Of a DNA stretch of 64,000 nt, positions 50,575-59,700 are shown piece by piece (the stretch's first letter is position 1; each line of letters starts with the position of its first letter). Under the pieces are notes generated by a model, which saw nothing but the letters and a program-made list of their open reading frames with translations, ran no database searches and was not told the origin of the DNA. The DNA is from an uncultured Gemmatimonadales bacterium (lineage in GTDB: Bacteria > Gemmatimonadota > Gemmatimonadetes > Gemmatimonadales > Gemmatimonadaceae): contig OY969695.1 in the NCBI GenBank assembly GCA_963701965.1, positions 4,384,001 through 4,448,000 of the forward strand, in the 5' to 3' direction. The position numbers and the translations under genes are program-made.

Positions 50575-51863
50575 TGCGTGCGTGGCCACGGTCCGCGATG
50601 GTCGCCGTCGTCCTCTTGGCGACTCGGTTGCCGGCGCAAGAGCCGAACATGAAGACGGATATCCGCAATCTGTTCCACTTCGGCACGTGCTCGGAGCTGA
50701 TCTGTCTCAGCTTGTCCGCGGGCCCACACGGGTCGCACTTCAACCCGGATGCCGATGCCAGCGGCCAGGAGTTGATCGACTTCCTGGATCAAGCGATCAC
50801 GACCAGCATCGGCGACGTGCCGATCGGCGGCACCAGCAGCGGCGCGGTCTTCTCGTTCGACGCGAACGGCGTCCCGATCGCCTCGTCGGGCTCGACCGGG
50901 CCGATATTCGGCGAACGCGCGCAGACGCTGGGGCGCGGGCACCTCGTCGTCGGTGTCAACGGCACCAGTGAGAATTTCGCGGCGATTCGCGGCGTGCCGC
51001 TGAGCGACATGTCCCTGGCCCTCACGCACCAGAACAACGATCCGCTCAGCGGCAACAAGCTGGGCGATCCGACGTTCGAATACGACTATATCCAGATCAA
51101 CACGTCGATGCGCCTGTCGCTGCAGACGTACGCGGCGTACATCACGTACGGCTTGGCGAACCACGTGGACTTGAGCGTGGCCGTGCCGCTCGTGCACCTG
51201 ACGTTCAACGGCACGAGTATCGCGAGGATCGTCACCAGCAACCCGGGCCCGGCCGATCACTACTTCAAGGGCACTGCGACGAACCCGCAGCTCGTGGATA
51301 CCACGCACAGCTCGGGCAACGTCACGGGCGTCGGCGACATGTCTATACGCCTCAAGGCCAATCTCTACCAGTCGGCCGGGGCCGGGTTCTCGCTGCTCGC
51401 CGACCTCCGTCTGCCGACGGGCGACCAGAACAACCTCCTGGGCACCGGGACGATCTCCTGGCGAGCCCTGGCGATCGCCTCTACGCGCTGGGGATTCGTT
51501 GAGCCCCACATCAATGTCGGATATGAGTATCAGAATGCGATTACCGAGACGGGAGCCGCGTTGACGACCGTCGGGCTCGATGCCCGGTTGGCGTCGCCGA
51601 TCACGTTCGCGGGCGAGGTCATCGGCCGCTGGGCCGTGGGTCCCAACGTGCCGTTGCCGGGGCCGGCGTCGTATATAGATGGTAGTGTCGTCCAGCGAAC
51701 GACGTTTCCGAATCAGCGCGACAACAATCTCGATGGGGCGGTGGGTCTCAAAATCGGCGTCGGGGCGGGGTTCACCTTGCTCGGCAATACGATCTTCCCG
51801 ATTCAGGACAACGGAGTCAAGTCGAACCTGATTTGGACTGTCGGACTCGAACGGAGCTTTTAA
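50571..51863 (+). CDS. Outer-membrane beta-barrel ('transporter', MetA-phenol-degradation-like)
   Basis: Signal peptide; ERAQTLGRG, YGL...VDLSVAVP, GVGDM.IRLK, RLPTG..NLLG.G; terminal GLERSF; ATGA-coupled to the cytochrome gene. Confidence 0.72.
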   Translation: MMRAWPRSAMVAVVLLATRLPAQEPNMKTDIRNLFHFGTCSELICLSLSAGPHGSHFNPDADASGQELIDFLDQAITTSIGDVPIGGTSSGAVFSFDANGVPIASSGSTGPIFGERAQTLGRGHLVVGVNGTSENFAAIRGVPLSDMSLALTHQNNDPLSGNKLGDPTFEYDYIQINTSMRLSLQTYAAYITYGLANHVDLSVAVPLVHLTFNGTSIARIVTSNPGPADHYFKGTATNPQLVDTTHSSGNVTGVGDMSIRLKANLYQSAGAGFSLLADLRLPTGDQNNLLGTGTISWRALAIASTRWGFVEPHINVGYEYQNAITETGAALTTVGLDARLASPITFAGEVIGRWAVGPNVPLPGPASYIDGSVVQRTTFPNQRDNNLDGAVGLKIGVGAGFTLLGNTIFPIQDNGVKSNLIWTVGLERSF

Positions 51864-51873
51864 TCTTCAGTCT

Positions 51874-54438
51874 GTGAACGCGACGCGCACTCTTCCCGCT
51901 ACCGCCTCCCTCCTCGACGCTGTCCGGGAGGCATCGGCATCGCGGTACGATGTGCTCGGGGAGCTGGGGCCGAGCGCGCGCAGTGTCATGGCCTACCTGG
52001 CGCAATTGCGCGCGGACGGGTCGCTCGGGATCCTGTTGCTGGAACGCGATCCGACGGCACCGGTCGGCGAGGATCGCTATGGGCTGACCGAGGCTCTGGA
52101 ACTGGACGACCGGGTGCCGACGCTCGGTCTCACCTGCGATGCCTGCCAGGCGCCGCTGGGCACGTGGGCCGCACGGTGCGGCGTATGTGGCGGCGACGTG
52201 GTGGGGACGCCCGACGATCCGACGGCGATCGCGACGCTGGCGGCGGGCCGCTACACGCTCCTGGGCTCGATGCGCCGCCCCGGGGGGGGCGCGGTCTATT
52301 TTGCCCGCGAACGCGAACGCGAACGCGAACGCGAACGCGAACGCGAACGCGACGCGCTCGTCGCGCTCCGCCTGATGCCGAGCGGCGAGACGGCGGCGCC
52401 CTACACGCTGGCGGTCACGCCGATCGATCCGGCGCGCGCGCCGCTCCTGCCGACACCCCCGGCGGCGCCGCGGACGCCGGACGTCACGGGGACCACCCGG
52501 CGCGTGCGCCCCACGGTGACCGCCCCGGCGACGAGCACGCGGGTGTGCGCCCAGTGCGGGGTCGAGTATCCGGCCGAGCAGCGATTCTGCCCGACGGATG
52601 GCTCGCCGCTCCGGGCGAAGACCGGCGGGTCGGGCCTCATCGGCGAGATCGTTGCCGACCGGTACCACGTCGTCCGGGCCCTCGGCGAAGGGGGGATGGG
52701 ACAGGTGTATCTCGCCGAACAGGTCAAGATGCGCCGCATGTGCGCCCTCAAGGTGATGCGGCCGGCGCTGGCCACCGATGCGGACGCGGTACGCCGCTTT
52801 GGCGCCGAGGCGGAAAACGCCAGCCGGATCGCGCATCCCAACGTCGCGGCGATCTACGATTTCGGTGAGACGACCGAGGGGCTCGTCTATCTGGCGATGG
52901 AGTTCGTCGACGGCGAGCCGCTGGCCGCGATCCTGGCGCGCGAGCGGACGCTGGCCCCGGGCCGCGCCGCGGCCCTGTCGCGCCAGGTCGCCGACGCATT
53001 GAGCGCCGCGCACGAGCTCGGGATCGTGCATCGCGATCTCAAGCCGGACAATGTCATGATCACGCGGGCCAAGGACGGCTCCGAGCGCGTGAAGGTGGTC
53101 GACTTTGGCATCGCCAAAGCGATGGCCGACGGACGCACGCAGATGACGCGGACCGGTTTCGTCCTGGGCACGCCGGCGTACATGAGTCCGGAGCAGATCT
53201 CCGGCGATGCGCTCGATGGCCGCACGGATCTCTATAGCCTGGGCTGCATGCTGTTCGAGATGCTGACCGGGCGCGCCGCGTTCAGTGGACCGTCGGGCGA
53301 GATCGTCCTGCACCGCCGGTTGACCGAGCCGGCCCCGCGCCCCCGGTCGATCAATCCGGACGTGCCGAAAGCGCTCGACCTGCTGGTGACCAAAGCGCTC
53401 GCCCGTCAGGCGAACGACCGCTATCAGTCCGCGGTCGAGATCAGCGCCGCGCTGGCCGAGTGCGACACCGGTGACGACGGCGCGGCGTCGATCGGAGCCC
53501 GCCTCTTTGGATGGGGCGCGCGGCCGTCGGCCGGTGGCACGCGCACGACGATCGTCGTCGGCCCCAAGGGCGCGACGACCGTGGTGCGCAGCAGCCCCAC
53601 GACGCGTGCGGTGTCCCCGAGTCGCGCCCGACCCTCCTCCCGGCGCCCCGCGCTCTGGGCCGGCGGCCTCGTCGTCCTCGTGGCCGCCGCGGCGGCCGTC
53701 GGCGTCCGGTATTTCAACCGCGCGCCGGCGCCGGTCGCGGCCGCGACACCGGCCCCGGCACCGACCGTGGCCGCCCCGTCGCCACCGACCGCTCCAGTCA
53801 CGGCCGCCGTACAGAGCGACACGTTGACCACGGCCGCCCAGACGGCGGGGACTACCGCGGAAAAGCCGGTCAAGTCGACGACCACGCTCAAGGCGCCGCC
53901 GGGTCCAAAACCCAAGCCCGCCGTCGCCACGCCGGCCGTGTCGGCGGTCCCGCCCGCGTCGTCGACGGCGACCGCTGTGGCGCCACCGCCGGTACCGGTG
54001 CCGACGCCGACTCCGGTCGCCGTGACGCCGGCACCGGCTCCCGCGACGCCCCCTCCCGCCGCGACGCCGGCGCCCGCGGCGGCTCCCGCCACGGACGTCG
54101 CGGCCGACGCGCAGCGGGCGAACGACGTGCTATCGGGCTACGTCAGCGCGCTCAACGCCAAGGACGTCGCCGGTATGAAGCAGCGCTATCCGACGATGCC
54201 GGGCGCCCTGGAGAACGGTCTCCGGCAGTTGATCGCGAACGCCACGGATTTCTCGGCGGCGCTGACCGACTACCCGTCCGCGGCCGTGCACGGGGATGTG
54301 GCCGACGCCGACTTCGGCTACCTGATGAATTTCTATCTCCCGTCCCAGGGTGCCGGACACACGAAGCTGCGCTACCACGCGGTCATGGCCCGGGACGCGT
54401 CCGGCTGGCACATCAAGTCCCTCACCGCGCTGCACTAG
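51874..54438 (+). CDS. Hanks-type Ser/Thr kinase with N-terminal kinase-fragment/zinc-ribbon module, TM helix, Pro-rich linker and NTF2-like C-terminal domain
   Basis: LGEGGMGQVY, ALK, HRDLKPDN, DFG, YMSPE; CDAC..CGVC and CAQC..CPTD ribbons; TM LWAGGLVVLVAAAAAVGV. Confidence 0.9.
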   Translation: MNATRTLPATASLLDAVREASASRYDVLGELGPSARSVMAYLAQLRADGSLGILLLERDPTAPVGEDRYGLTEALELDDRVPTLGLTCDACQAPLGTWAARCGVCGGDVVGTPDDPTAIATLAAGRYTLLGSMRRPGGGAVYFARERERERERERERERDALVALRLMPSGETAAPYTLAVTPIDPARAPLLPTPPAAPRTPDVTGTTRRVRPTVTAPATSTRVCAQCGVEYPAEQRFCPTDGSPLRAKTGGSGLIGEIVADRYHVVRALGEGGMGQVYLAEQVKMRRMCALKVMRPALATDADAVRRFGAEAENASRIAHPNVAAIYDFGETTEGLVYLAMEFVDGEPLAAILARERTLAPGRAAALSRQVADALSAAHELGIVHRDLKPDNVMITRAKDGSERVKVVDFGIAKAMADGRTQMTRTGFVLGTPAYMSPEQISGDALDGRTDLYSLGCMLFEMLTGRAAFSGPSGEIVLHRRLTEPAPRPRSINPDVPKALDLLVTKALARQANDRYQSAVEISAALAECDTGDDGAASIGARLFGWGARPSAGGTRTTIVVGPKGATTVVRSSPTTRAVSPSRARPSSRRPALWAGGLVVLVAAAAAVGVRYFNRAPAPVAAATPAPAPTVAAPSPPTAPVTAAVQSDTLTTAAQTAGTTAEKPVKSTTTLKAPPGPKPKPAVATPAVSAVPPASSTATAVAPPPVPVPTPTPVAVTPAPAPATPPPAATPAPAAAPATDVAADAQRANDVLSGYVSALNAKDVAGMKQRYPTMPGALENGLRQLIANATDFSAALTDYPSAAVHGDVADADFGYLMNFYLPSQGAGHTKLRYHAVMARDASGWHIKSLTALH
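52306..52352 (+). repeat. Hexanucleotide microsatellite (CGCGAA)x7 encoding (RE)7
   Basis: Directly visible, in frame. Confidence 0.95.
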
Positions 54439-56171
54439 CGCACGGTCACCCGGACCGTCGCCTCGCGTCCCGCCGCGCTGGCGCGGACATTGGCCGTGCC
54501 GGCGCCCCGGGCCGATAGCTCCCCGGTCGCCGGATCGATGGCGGCAATGACCGGGTTGTCCACGCTCCACGCCAGTCCGATGTTCGCCACCGGGCGGTGG
54601 TTCACGTCGTAACCCGCCCCGGCCAACTTGTACCGTCCGCCGACGCGCAGCGTCGGCGGTGGCTCGATCTGGATCCATCGCACGCCGTGCGCCGCCGCCG
54701 GGGCCACCGGGGGCGCGACGACGGGAACCAGCGCTGGCGGGGCCTCGGGCGGCGCGGGCCGTGACTGCCACCACTCGAACCCGCCCACGGCGCCCGCGCC
54801 GAGAACGGCGACCACCGCGACCACGGCGAGCCAGGGGCTCCGCTTCCCCGACGGCACCGGGGCGGCCACCGGCGGCGGCACGACGGGCACCGGCACCGGC
54901 GCCGGCACGACGGCGGCGGGCGGCGTGGTGAAGCCCGGAGGCCGGGTAACCGTCAGCGAGATCGCCGCCCGCGCCTCGCCGGCGGCCGCGCGCACGATGA
55001 CCGATCCCGGCGCGATCGCCCGCGCCAAACCTTGGCTCTCGACGCGCACAATGTCGGGCGCATCGGACGTCCAGGTCACGCTGGGCGCCGGAATCTCCGC
55101 ACCGCGCGCGCTCCACGCGGTGAGCTTGAGCGGCACCGTGTCCCCGACGCCGATCTCGCCAGGCGCGGTAATGGCGAGCCGGCTGGCCGCCACGGCCGTC
55201 GTGCGCGCGCCGCCGCGGGGGATGGGACTGGGCACGCCCTTCACGATGGCGGTGTCGAGTCCCGCGGTCGCCCACTGCGCCAGTTGGACGCGCGCCGGGT
55301 CGTCGTCACTGAGCTCCCGCGCCCCCGCCGCCGCTAGCGCCGCCGACATCGTGGGCCACCGCTCGGCGGCCGTCTTCGCCAACATGCGCCGCACCGCGGC
55401 GTCGAGGTCATCGGGGCAGTCCGGGCGCCGCTCGACGATCGGCGCCGGCGGCCGGTCCGTGTGCGCCTGCATGATCGCCAGCGCCGACCCGGTGAACGGC
55501 ACCGATCCCGTGAGCATCTCGTAGGCGACGACGCCGAGCGCGTATTGGTCCGAGGACCAGGTGACCTCGACGCCCCGGCACTGCTCGGGACTCATGTAGA
55601 TCGGCGTGCCCACGGCCGCGCCAGTCTGCGTGTGGGTCTGCGACTCGGCGACCTTGGCGATGCCGAAGTCCGTCACCATGGCCTCGCCGGTCGCGTCGAT
55701 CATGATGTTCGCCGGCTTGATGTCCCGGTGGATCACCTGCTGCCGGTGCGCGTACGTGAGGGCGCTGCCCACCTGGCAGAGGATGTGTCGCGCGATCGCC
55801 AGCGGCATGGTCCCCTGCGCCGCCAGGATCTCGGCCAACGGGCGGCCCACGACGAACTTCATGACGAAACAGTGCAGGTCGCCGATCTCCCGCACCGCAT
55901 GGATCGTGATGATGTTCGGATGACTCAAGTTGGCGACGGTGACCGCTTCCTGTCGAAACCGCTGCACCATGCTGGCGTCGGGCAGGAGCCCGGGCGACAT
56001 GACCTTGATCGCCACCCGCCGGTCGAGGGCCGGTTCATAGCCCAGGAAGACGGCGGCCATGCCGCCGCGTCCCAACTCGCGTTCGATGATGTAATCGCCC
56101 GCGAGCGCGTCGTTCAGCCGGTCCGCGATCGTCGACCAGCTCGAATCATTTCCGGGGATCGAGGCCGTCAC
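54435..56171 (-). CDS. Hanks-type Ser/Thr kinase with Ig-like (Big_2) domains on both sides of a TM helix
   Basis: [40 protein letters not shown] and WSVDNP.IA.ID Ig-like motifs. Confidence 0.9.
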   Translation of the reverse strand: MTASIPGNDSSWSTIADRLNDALAGDYIIERELGRGGMAAVFLGYEPALDRRVAIKVMSPGLLPDASMVQRFRQEAVTVANLSHPNIITIHAVREIGDLHCFVMKFVVGRPLAEILAAQGTMPLAIARHILCQVGSALTYAHRQQVIHRDIKPANIMIDATGEAMVTDFGIAKVAESQTHTQTGAAVGTPIYMSPEQCRGVEVTWSSDQYALGVVAYEMLTGSVPFTGSALAIMQAHTDRPPAPIVERRPDCPDDLDAAVRRMLAKTAAERWPTMSAALAAAGARELSDDDPARVQLAQWATAGLDTAIVKGVPSPIPRGGARTTAVAASRLAITAPGEIGVGDTVPLKLTAWSARGAEIPAPSVTWTSDAPDIVRVESQGLARAIAPGSVIVRAAAGEARAAISLTVTRPPGFTTPPAAVVPAPVPVPVVPPPVAAPVPSGKRSPWLAVVAVVAVLGAGAVGGFEWWQSRPAPPEAPPALVPVVAPPVAPAAAHGVRWIQIEPPPTLRVGGRYKLAGAGYDVNHRPVANIGLAWSVDNPVIAAIDPATGELSARGAGTANVRASAAGREATVRVTVR

Positions 56172-56251
56172 GGGTCAACGATACGCCATCAACTCACCAA
56201 CGCAACAGCGACTCCCCGTATCCCGAGCCCCGGCCACGTCGTCCAGCGTTA

Positions 56252-57946
56252 GTGGAAGTGGATACCGAAGTCGAGGAGCGCCCGGCCGAGGCGCGTCCAC
56301 CCGAGGTCGATACCCTCGAGGGGATCGAGTTTCTGCAGATTCACGGCGGACTGGAGCGCCGTGGCCTCCGTCTCCGGACGAAGGTCATCCTCTGCGTCGT
56401 CGTCGCCTTCATCCCCATCTTCCTGACGCTGTCGTACTGGTTCCTGCCCCGGGAATTCTGGACGGTGCAGCTCATGGAATCGGCCGAGAGCGCGCGTACG
56501 GTGGCGGCCATGGTCGTCCGCCGTCCCACGCCGGAGACGGTCAACGACGCGTTCAGCACCGCCGTGGGCCGCCTGTTGTACCTGGGCGTGGTGGACGCCG
56601 ACGGACATGTGTTGTTCAACCGCTCCGAGCGCGACCGGCTCGTCGCCCCGTTGGAAGTCTTGCGGGCGCCAAGTCTGGAGGGCCACCGGATGCACGACCG
56701 GGAACTGTGGGTCGTGCGGCCGACGCGCGGCGGCGAGCGCGTGGTCCTCGCCTGGTCGCTCGACTCGGCCAGCGCCGCGTGGATGCGCATGCGCCGGATC
56801 TTCACGTTCGCTACGGTCCTGGCGATTGCCGTAGCGGCCTGCCTGGCCCTGGTCATATCCCGTCCCGTCACGCGGCCTTTGGAGTCGGTGACGGTCTCCC
56901 TCGACGCCCTGACGCGCCAGCCCGACTGGAACCTGCGCACCCGGGTCGCGGTGCGTACGCGCGATGAGATTGGCGACCTGGCCGTGTGCGTCAACCGTTT
57001 CATCGCCACGTTGGCGCGGCTGGTGTCGAGCACGCGCGACGCCGCCGAGAGCGTCGTGCGCAAGACCGAGGAACTGAGCGCGTCGACGGAGGAGCTCACG
57101 GCCTCCGGCGAGCAGCTCGCCGCGACCGTCAGTCAGGTAGCCGCCGACGCGGCGGCCCAGGCTGATGCCGCGGCGCGGACGCGGGAGGAAGCCGCGGCGG
57201 CCGGACAAGCCGCCGAGGCAGTCATGGAACGGGTGGGCGAAGCCAATGCCATCACCAGCGACACGCTCGCGGCGGCGCAGGCCGGTTTGAGCGGTGTCGC
57301 CGAGGCCGACGCGGCCATTGAACGGATCGTCGAGGCGGCCGCCACGGTGCGGCAGAGTTTCGCCGAAGTGGAGCAGCGCTTGCGGGCCATCGCCGGCGCC
57401 ACCGCGGGGATCGCCGGGATCGCGCAGACGACGAACCTGATCGCGCTCAACGCGGCGATCGAAGCGTCGCGCGCCGGCGAGCACGGGCGAGGATTCGCCG
57501 TCGTCGCCGACGAGGTGCGCAAACTCGCCCGCGCGTCCGGCACGCTGGTCGCCCAGATCCAGGCTGAGGTGGGGCGGATCCAACAGAGCACCCGGGCGAC
57601 GGGCGCGGATTTGTCACGAGCCAATGACGAAGTGCTCGCCGGCCGCAAGGTCATCGGCGCCACGGGCACCGCGATCCGGGACTCGGTGGCCCGCGTCGAA
57701 GCGGCGGCGGCGCTCGTGCGCGGCGTCGCCGTGCTCGCCGCGCAGCAGCGCGATGCGGTGCGCCGGATCGAAGCGCGGGCGGCCGAGGTGGCGGCGCTCT
57801 CCAGCAACCAAGCCTCCGCGGCCCATCAAATGGCGGCGTCGACTGCCGCTCAAGCCGGCGTCATTGGCGAAGCCGCGACCCAACTCGGGCTGCTGCGGAA
57901 CGTCGCCACCGAGGCCGTGGCCTCGGTGCACCGATTTCACATCTAG
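56252..57946 (+). CDS. Methyl-accepting chemotaxis protein
   Basis: Two TMs, HAMP (RPL...[11 protein letters not shown]), signalling hairpin [37 protein letters not shown]. Confidence 0.92.
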   Translation: MEVDTEVEERPAEARPPEVDTLEGIEFLQIHGGLERRGLRLRTKVILCVVVAFIPIFLTLSYWFLPREFWTVQLMESAESARTVAAMVVRRPTPETVNDAFSTAVGRLLYLGVVDADGHVLFNRSERDRLVAPLEVLRAPSLEGHRMHDRELWVVRPTRGGERVVLAWSLDSASAAWMRMRRIFTFATVLAIAVAACLALVISRPVTRPLESVTVSLDALTRQPDWNLRTRVAVRTRDEIGDLAVCVNRFIATLARLVSSTRDAAESVVRKTEELSASTEELTASGEQLAATVSQVAADAAAQADAAARTREEAAAAGQAAEAVMERVGEANAITSDTLAAAQAGLSGVAEADAAIERIVEAAATVRQSFAEVEQRLRAIAGATAGIAGIAQTTNLIALNAAIEASRAGEHGRGFAVVADEVRKLARASGTLVAQIQAEVGRIQQSTRATGADLSRANDEVLAGRKVIGATGTAIRDSVARVEAAAALVRGVAVLAAQQRDAVRRIEARAAEVAALSSNQASAAHQMAASTAAQAGVIGEAATQLGLLRNVATEAVASVHRFHI

Positions 57947-57976
57947 CGTCGCGTAATACCGATTAAGTTTTGCCGC

Positions 57977-58915
57977 GTGTCCGCGGCTATCGAAACCAGC
58001 GCCCTCCGAAAGGTCTATCCGGGCGACGTCATTGCGCTCCACGGTCTCGATCTCCACGTCGGCGAGGGCGAGTTCTTCGGCCTCCTCGGCCCCAACGGCG
58101 CCGGGAAGACGACGACGATCGGGATCCTGACGACGCGCGTCCGCGCGACGGCGGGGCGCGCCATCGTCGCGGGGGCCGATGCGCTGGCGGACCCGGTGGG
58201 CGTGCGCGAACGCATCGGCGTCGTGCCCCAACGGCCCAACCCGGACCGCAGCCTCAACACGTTCGAGAATCTCCTTTTTCACGCGGCCTATTTCGGGATC
58301 CCGCGCGCGCCGGCGACCGCCCGCGCCATGGCCCTGCTCGACCGGCTGGGGATTGGCGACAAGGCGTTGGCCAAGGTCGACGCGCTCTCGGGGGGGCAGC
58401 AGCAGCGGCTGATGATCGCCCGGGCGCTCATCCACGAGCCGCGCGTGCTCTTCCTCGACGAGCCCACGGTAGGTCTCGATCCCCAGGCCCGGCTCGCGCT
58501 CTGGGAGATCCTGCGCGAGCTGCATGGCGAGGGACGCACGATCGTGATGACGACGCACTACATGCGGGAGGCGGAGGAACTGTGCGAGCGCGTGGCCATC
58601 ATCGATCATGGGCAGTTGCTGGCGATCGACAAGCCCGCGGACCTGATCGCCCGCGCGCCGGGCGGCACCCTCGTCGAGCTGACGCTCAATGGCGATGCCG
58701 GGGTCGCCGCCGGCCGGGCCCGCGCCGTCCCCGGCGTGGCGTCGGTCGATGCCCCGGGCGTGCTCTTGCGCGCGTTCAGCGATCGGGGCGGGCAGATCAT
58801 CCCGGCCTTGATCGCGGCCGCCGAGGAGGCCGGGCGGACGGTGCAGAACATCTCCCTGTCACCGCCCAACCTGGAGACCTTGTTCATCTCTCTGACGGGG
58901 CGGAAACTCGATTGA
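57977..58915 (+). CDS. ABC-2 (DrrA/NodI-like) exporter ATP-binding protein
   Basis: GPNGAGKTT, LSGGQQQR, FLDEPT.GLDP, TTHYM.EA, LE.LF..LTG. Confidence 0.92.
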   Translation: MSAAIETSALRKVYPGDVIALHGLDLHVGEGEFFGLLGPNGAGKTTTIGILTTRVRATAGRAIVAGADALADPVGVRERIGVVPQRPNPDRSLNTFENLLFHAAYFGIPRAPATARAMALLDRLGIGDKALAKVDALSGGQQQRLMIARALIHEPRVLFLDEPTVGLDPQARLALWEILRELHGEGRTIVMTTHYMREAEELCERVAIIDHGQLLAIDKPADLIARAPGGTLVELTLNGDAGVAAGRARAVPGVASVDAPGVLLRAFSDRGGQIIPALIAAAEEAGRTVQNISLSPPNLETLFISLTGRKLD

Positions 58916-59700
58916 CACGGAGCACGGTCACTTCAACCACGGTCTTCCTGGCGTTACTGCGCCGTGACGTCCGGGTCGCGCGCCGCGAGCTGCCGTTTTT
59001 CCTCCTGCGCACCATCATGCAGCCGCTCATGTTCATCATCGTGTTCGGCTACCTGCTGCCCCGCATGGGATTCGTCCGCGGCACGTACACGACGGCGTTG
59101 CTGCCGGGCGTCCTCGCGCTCAGTCTGGCCTTATCCGCCATCCAATCCGTCGCGCTTCCAATGGTGCAGGATTTCGGCTGGTCCAAGGAGATCGAAGATC
59201 GCCTGCTGGCGCCGATCCCAGTGCCGCTGGTCGCCGTCGAAAAGATCGTGGTCGGCATCCTGCAGGGACTGGTCGCCGCCCTGGTCGTCCTGCCGGCGGC
59301 GCGCCTCATCATGGGACCGATTCCCGGGTTCACGCTGTCGCACTTCGGCGAGGTCATGGCCGTGACCCTGGTGGGCGCGGCGACGTTCTCGGCGCTGGGA
59401 TTGCTCATCGGCTCGACGATCAGCGCCCAGCAGATCGGCTTGATGTTCAGCATTCTGATCGCTCCAATGATTTTCTTCGGCTGTACCTACTATCCCTGGC
59501 GAGGGCTCGATGCCGTGCCCGCGGTCAAGTACATCGTGCTGATCAATCCTCTCGTGTACGTCTCCGAGGGCATGCGCGCATCGTTGACGCCCGATGTGCC
59601 GCACATGCCGTTGGGCATCGTACTGGTGGCGTTGCTCGTGCTGCTCGTGGCATTCTGGTTGGTGGCGGTGCGCAGCTTCCTCCGACGGGCGATCGGCTGA
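58912..59700 (+). CDS. ABC-2 exporter permease
   Basis: TTG start overlapping the ATPase stop; QPL.F..VFG, IEDRLLAP, NPLVY..E..R. Confidence 0.88.
   Translation: MTRSTVTSTTVFLALLRRDVRVARRELPFFLLRTIMQPLMFIIVFGYLLPRMGFVRGTYTTALLPGVLALSLALSAIQSVALPMVQDFGWSKEIEDRLLAPIPVPLVAVEKIVVGILQGLVAALVVLPAARLIMGPIPGFTLSHFGEVMAVTLVGAATFSALGLLIGSTISAQQIGLMFSILIAPMIFFGCTYYPWRGLDAVPAVKYIVLINPLVYVSEGMRASLTPDVPHMPLGIVLVALLVLLVAFWLVAVRSFLRRAIG

Noticed and set aside
13210..57976. Integrative element boundaries around the T6SS block
   Set aside because: No integrase, transposase, tRNA or att-like direct repeat recognised; composition looks broadly like the flanks
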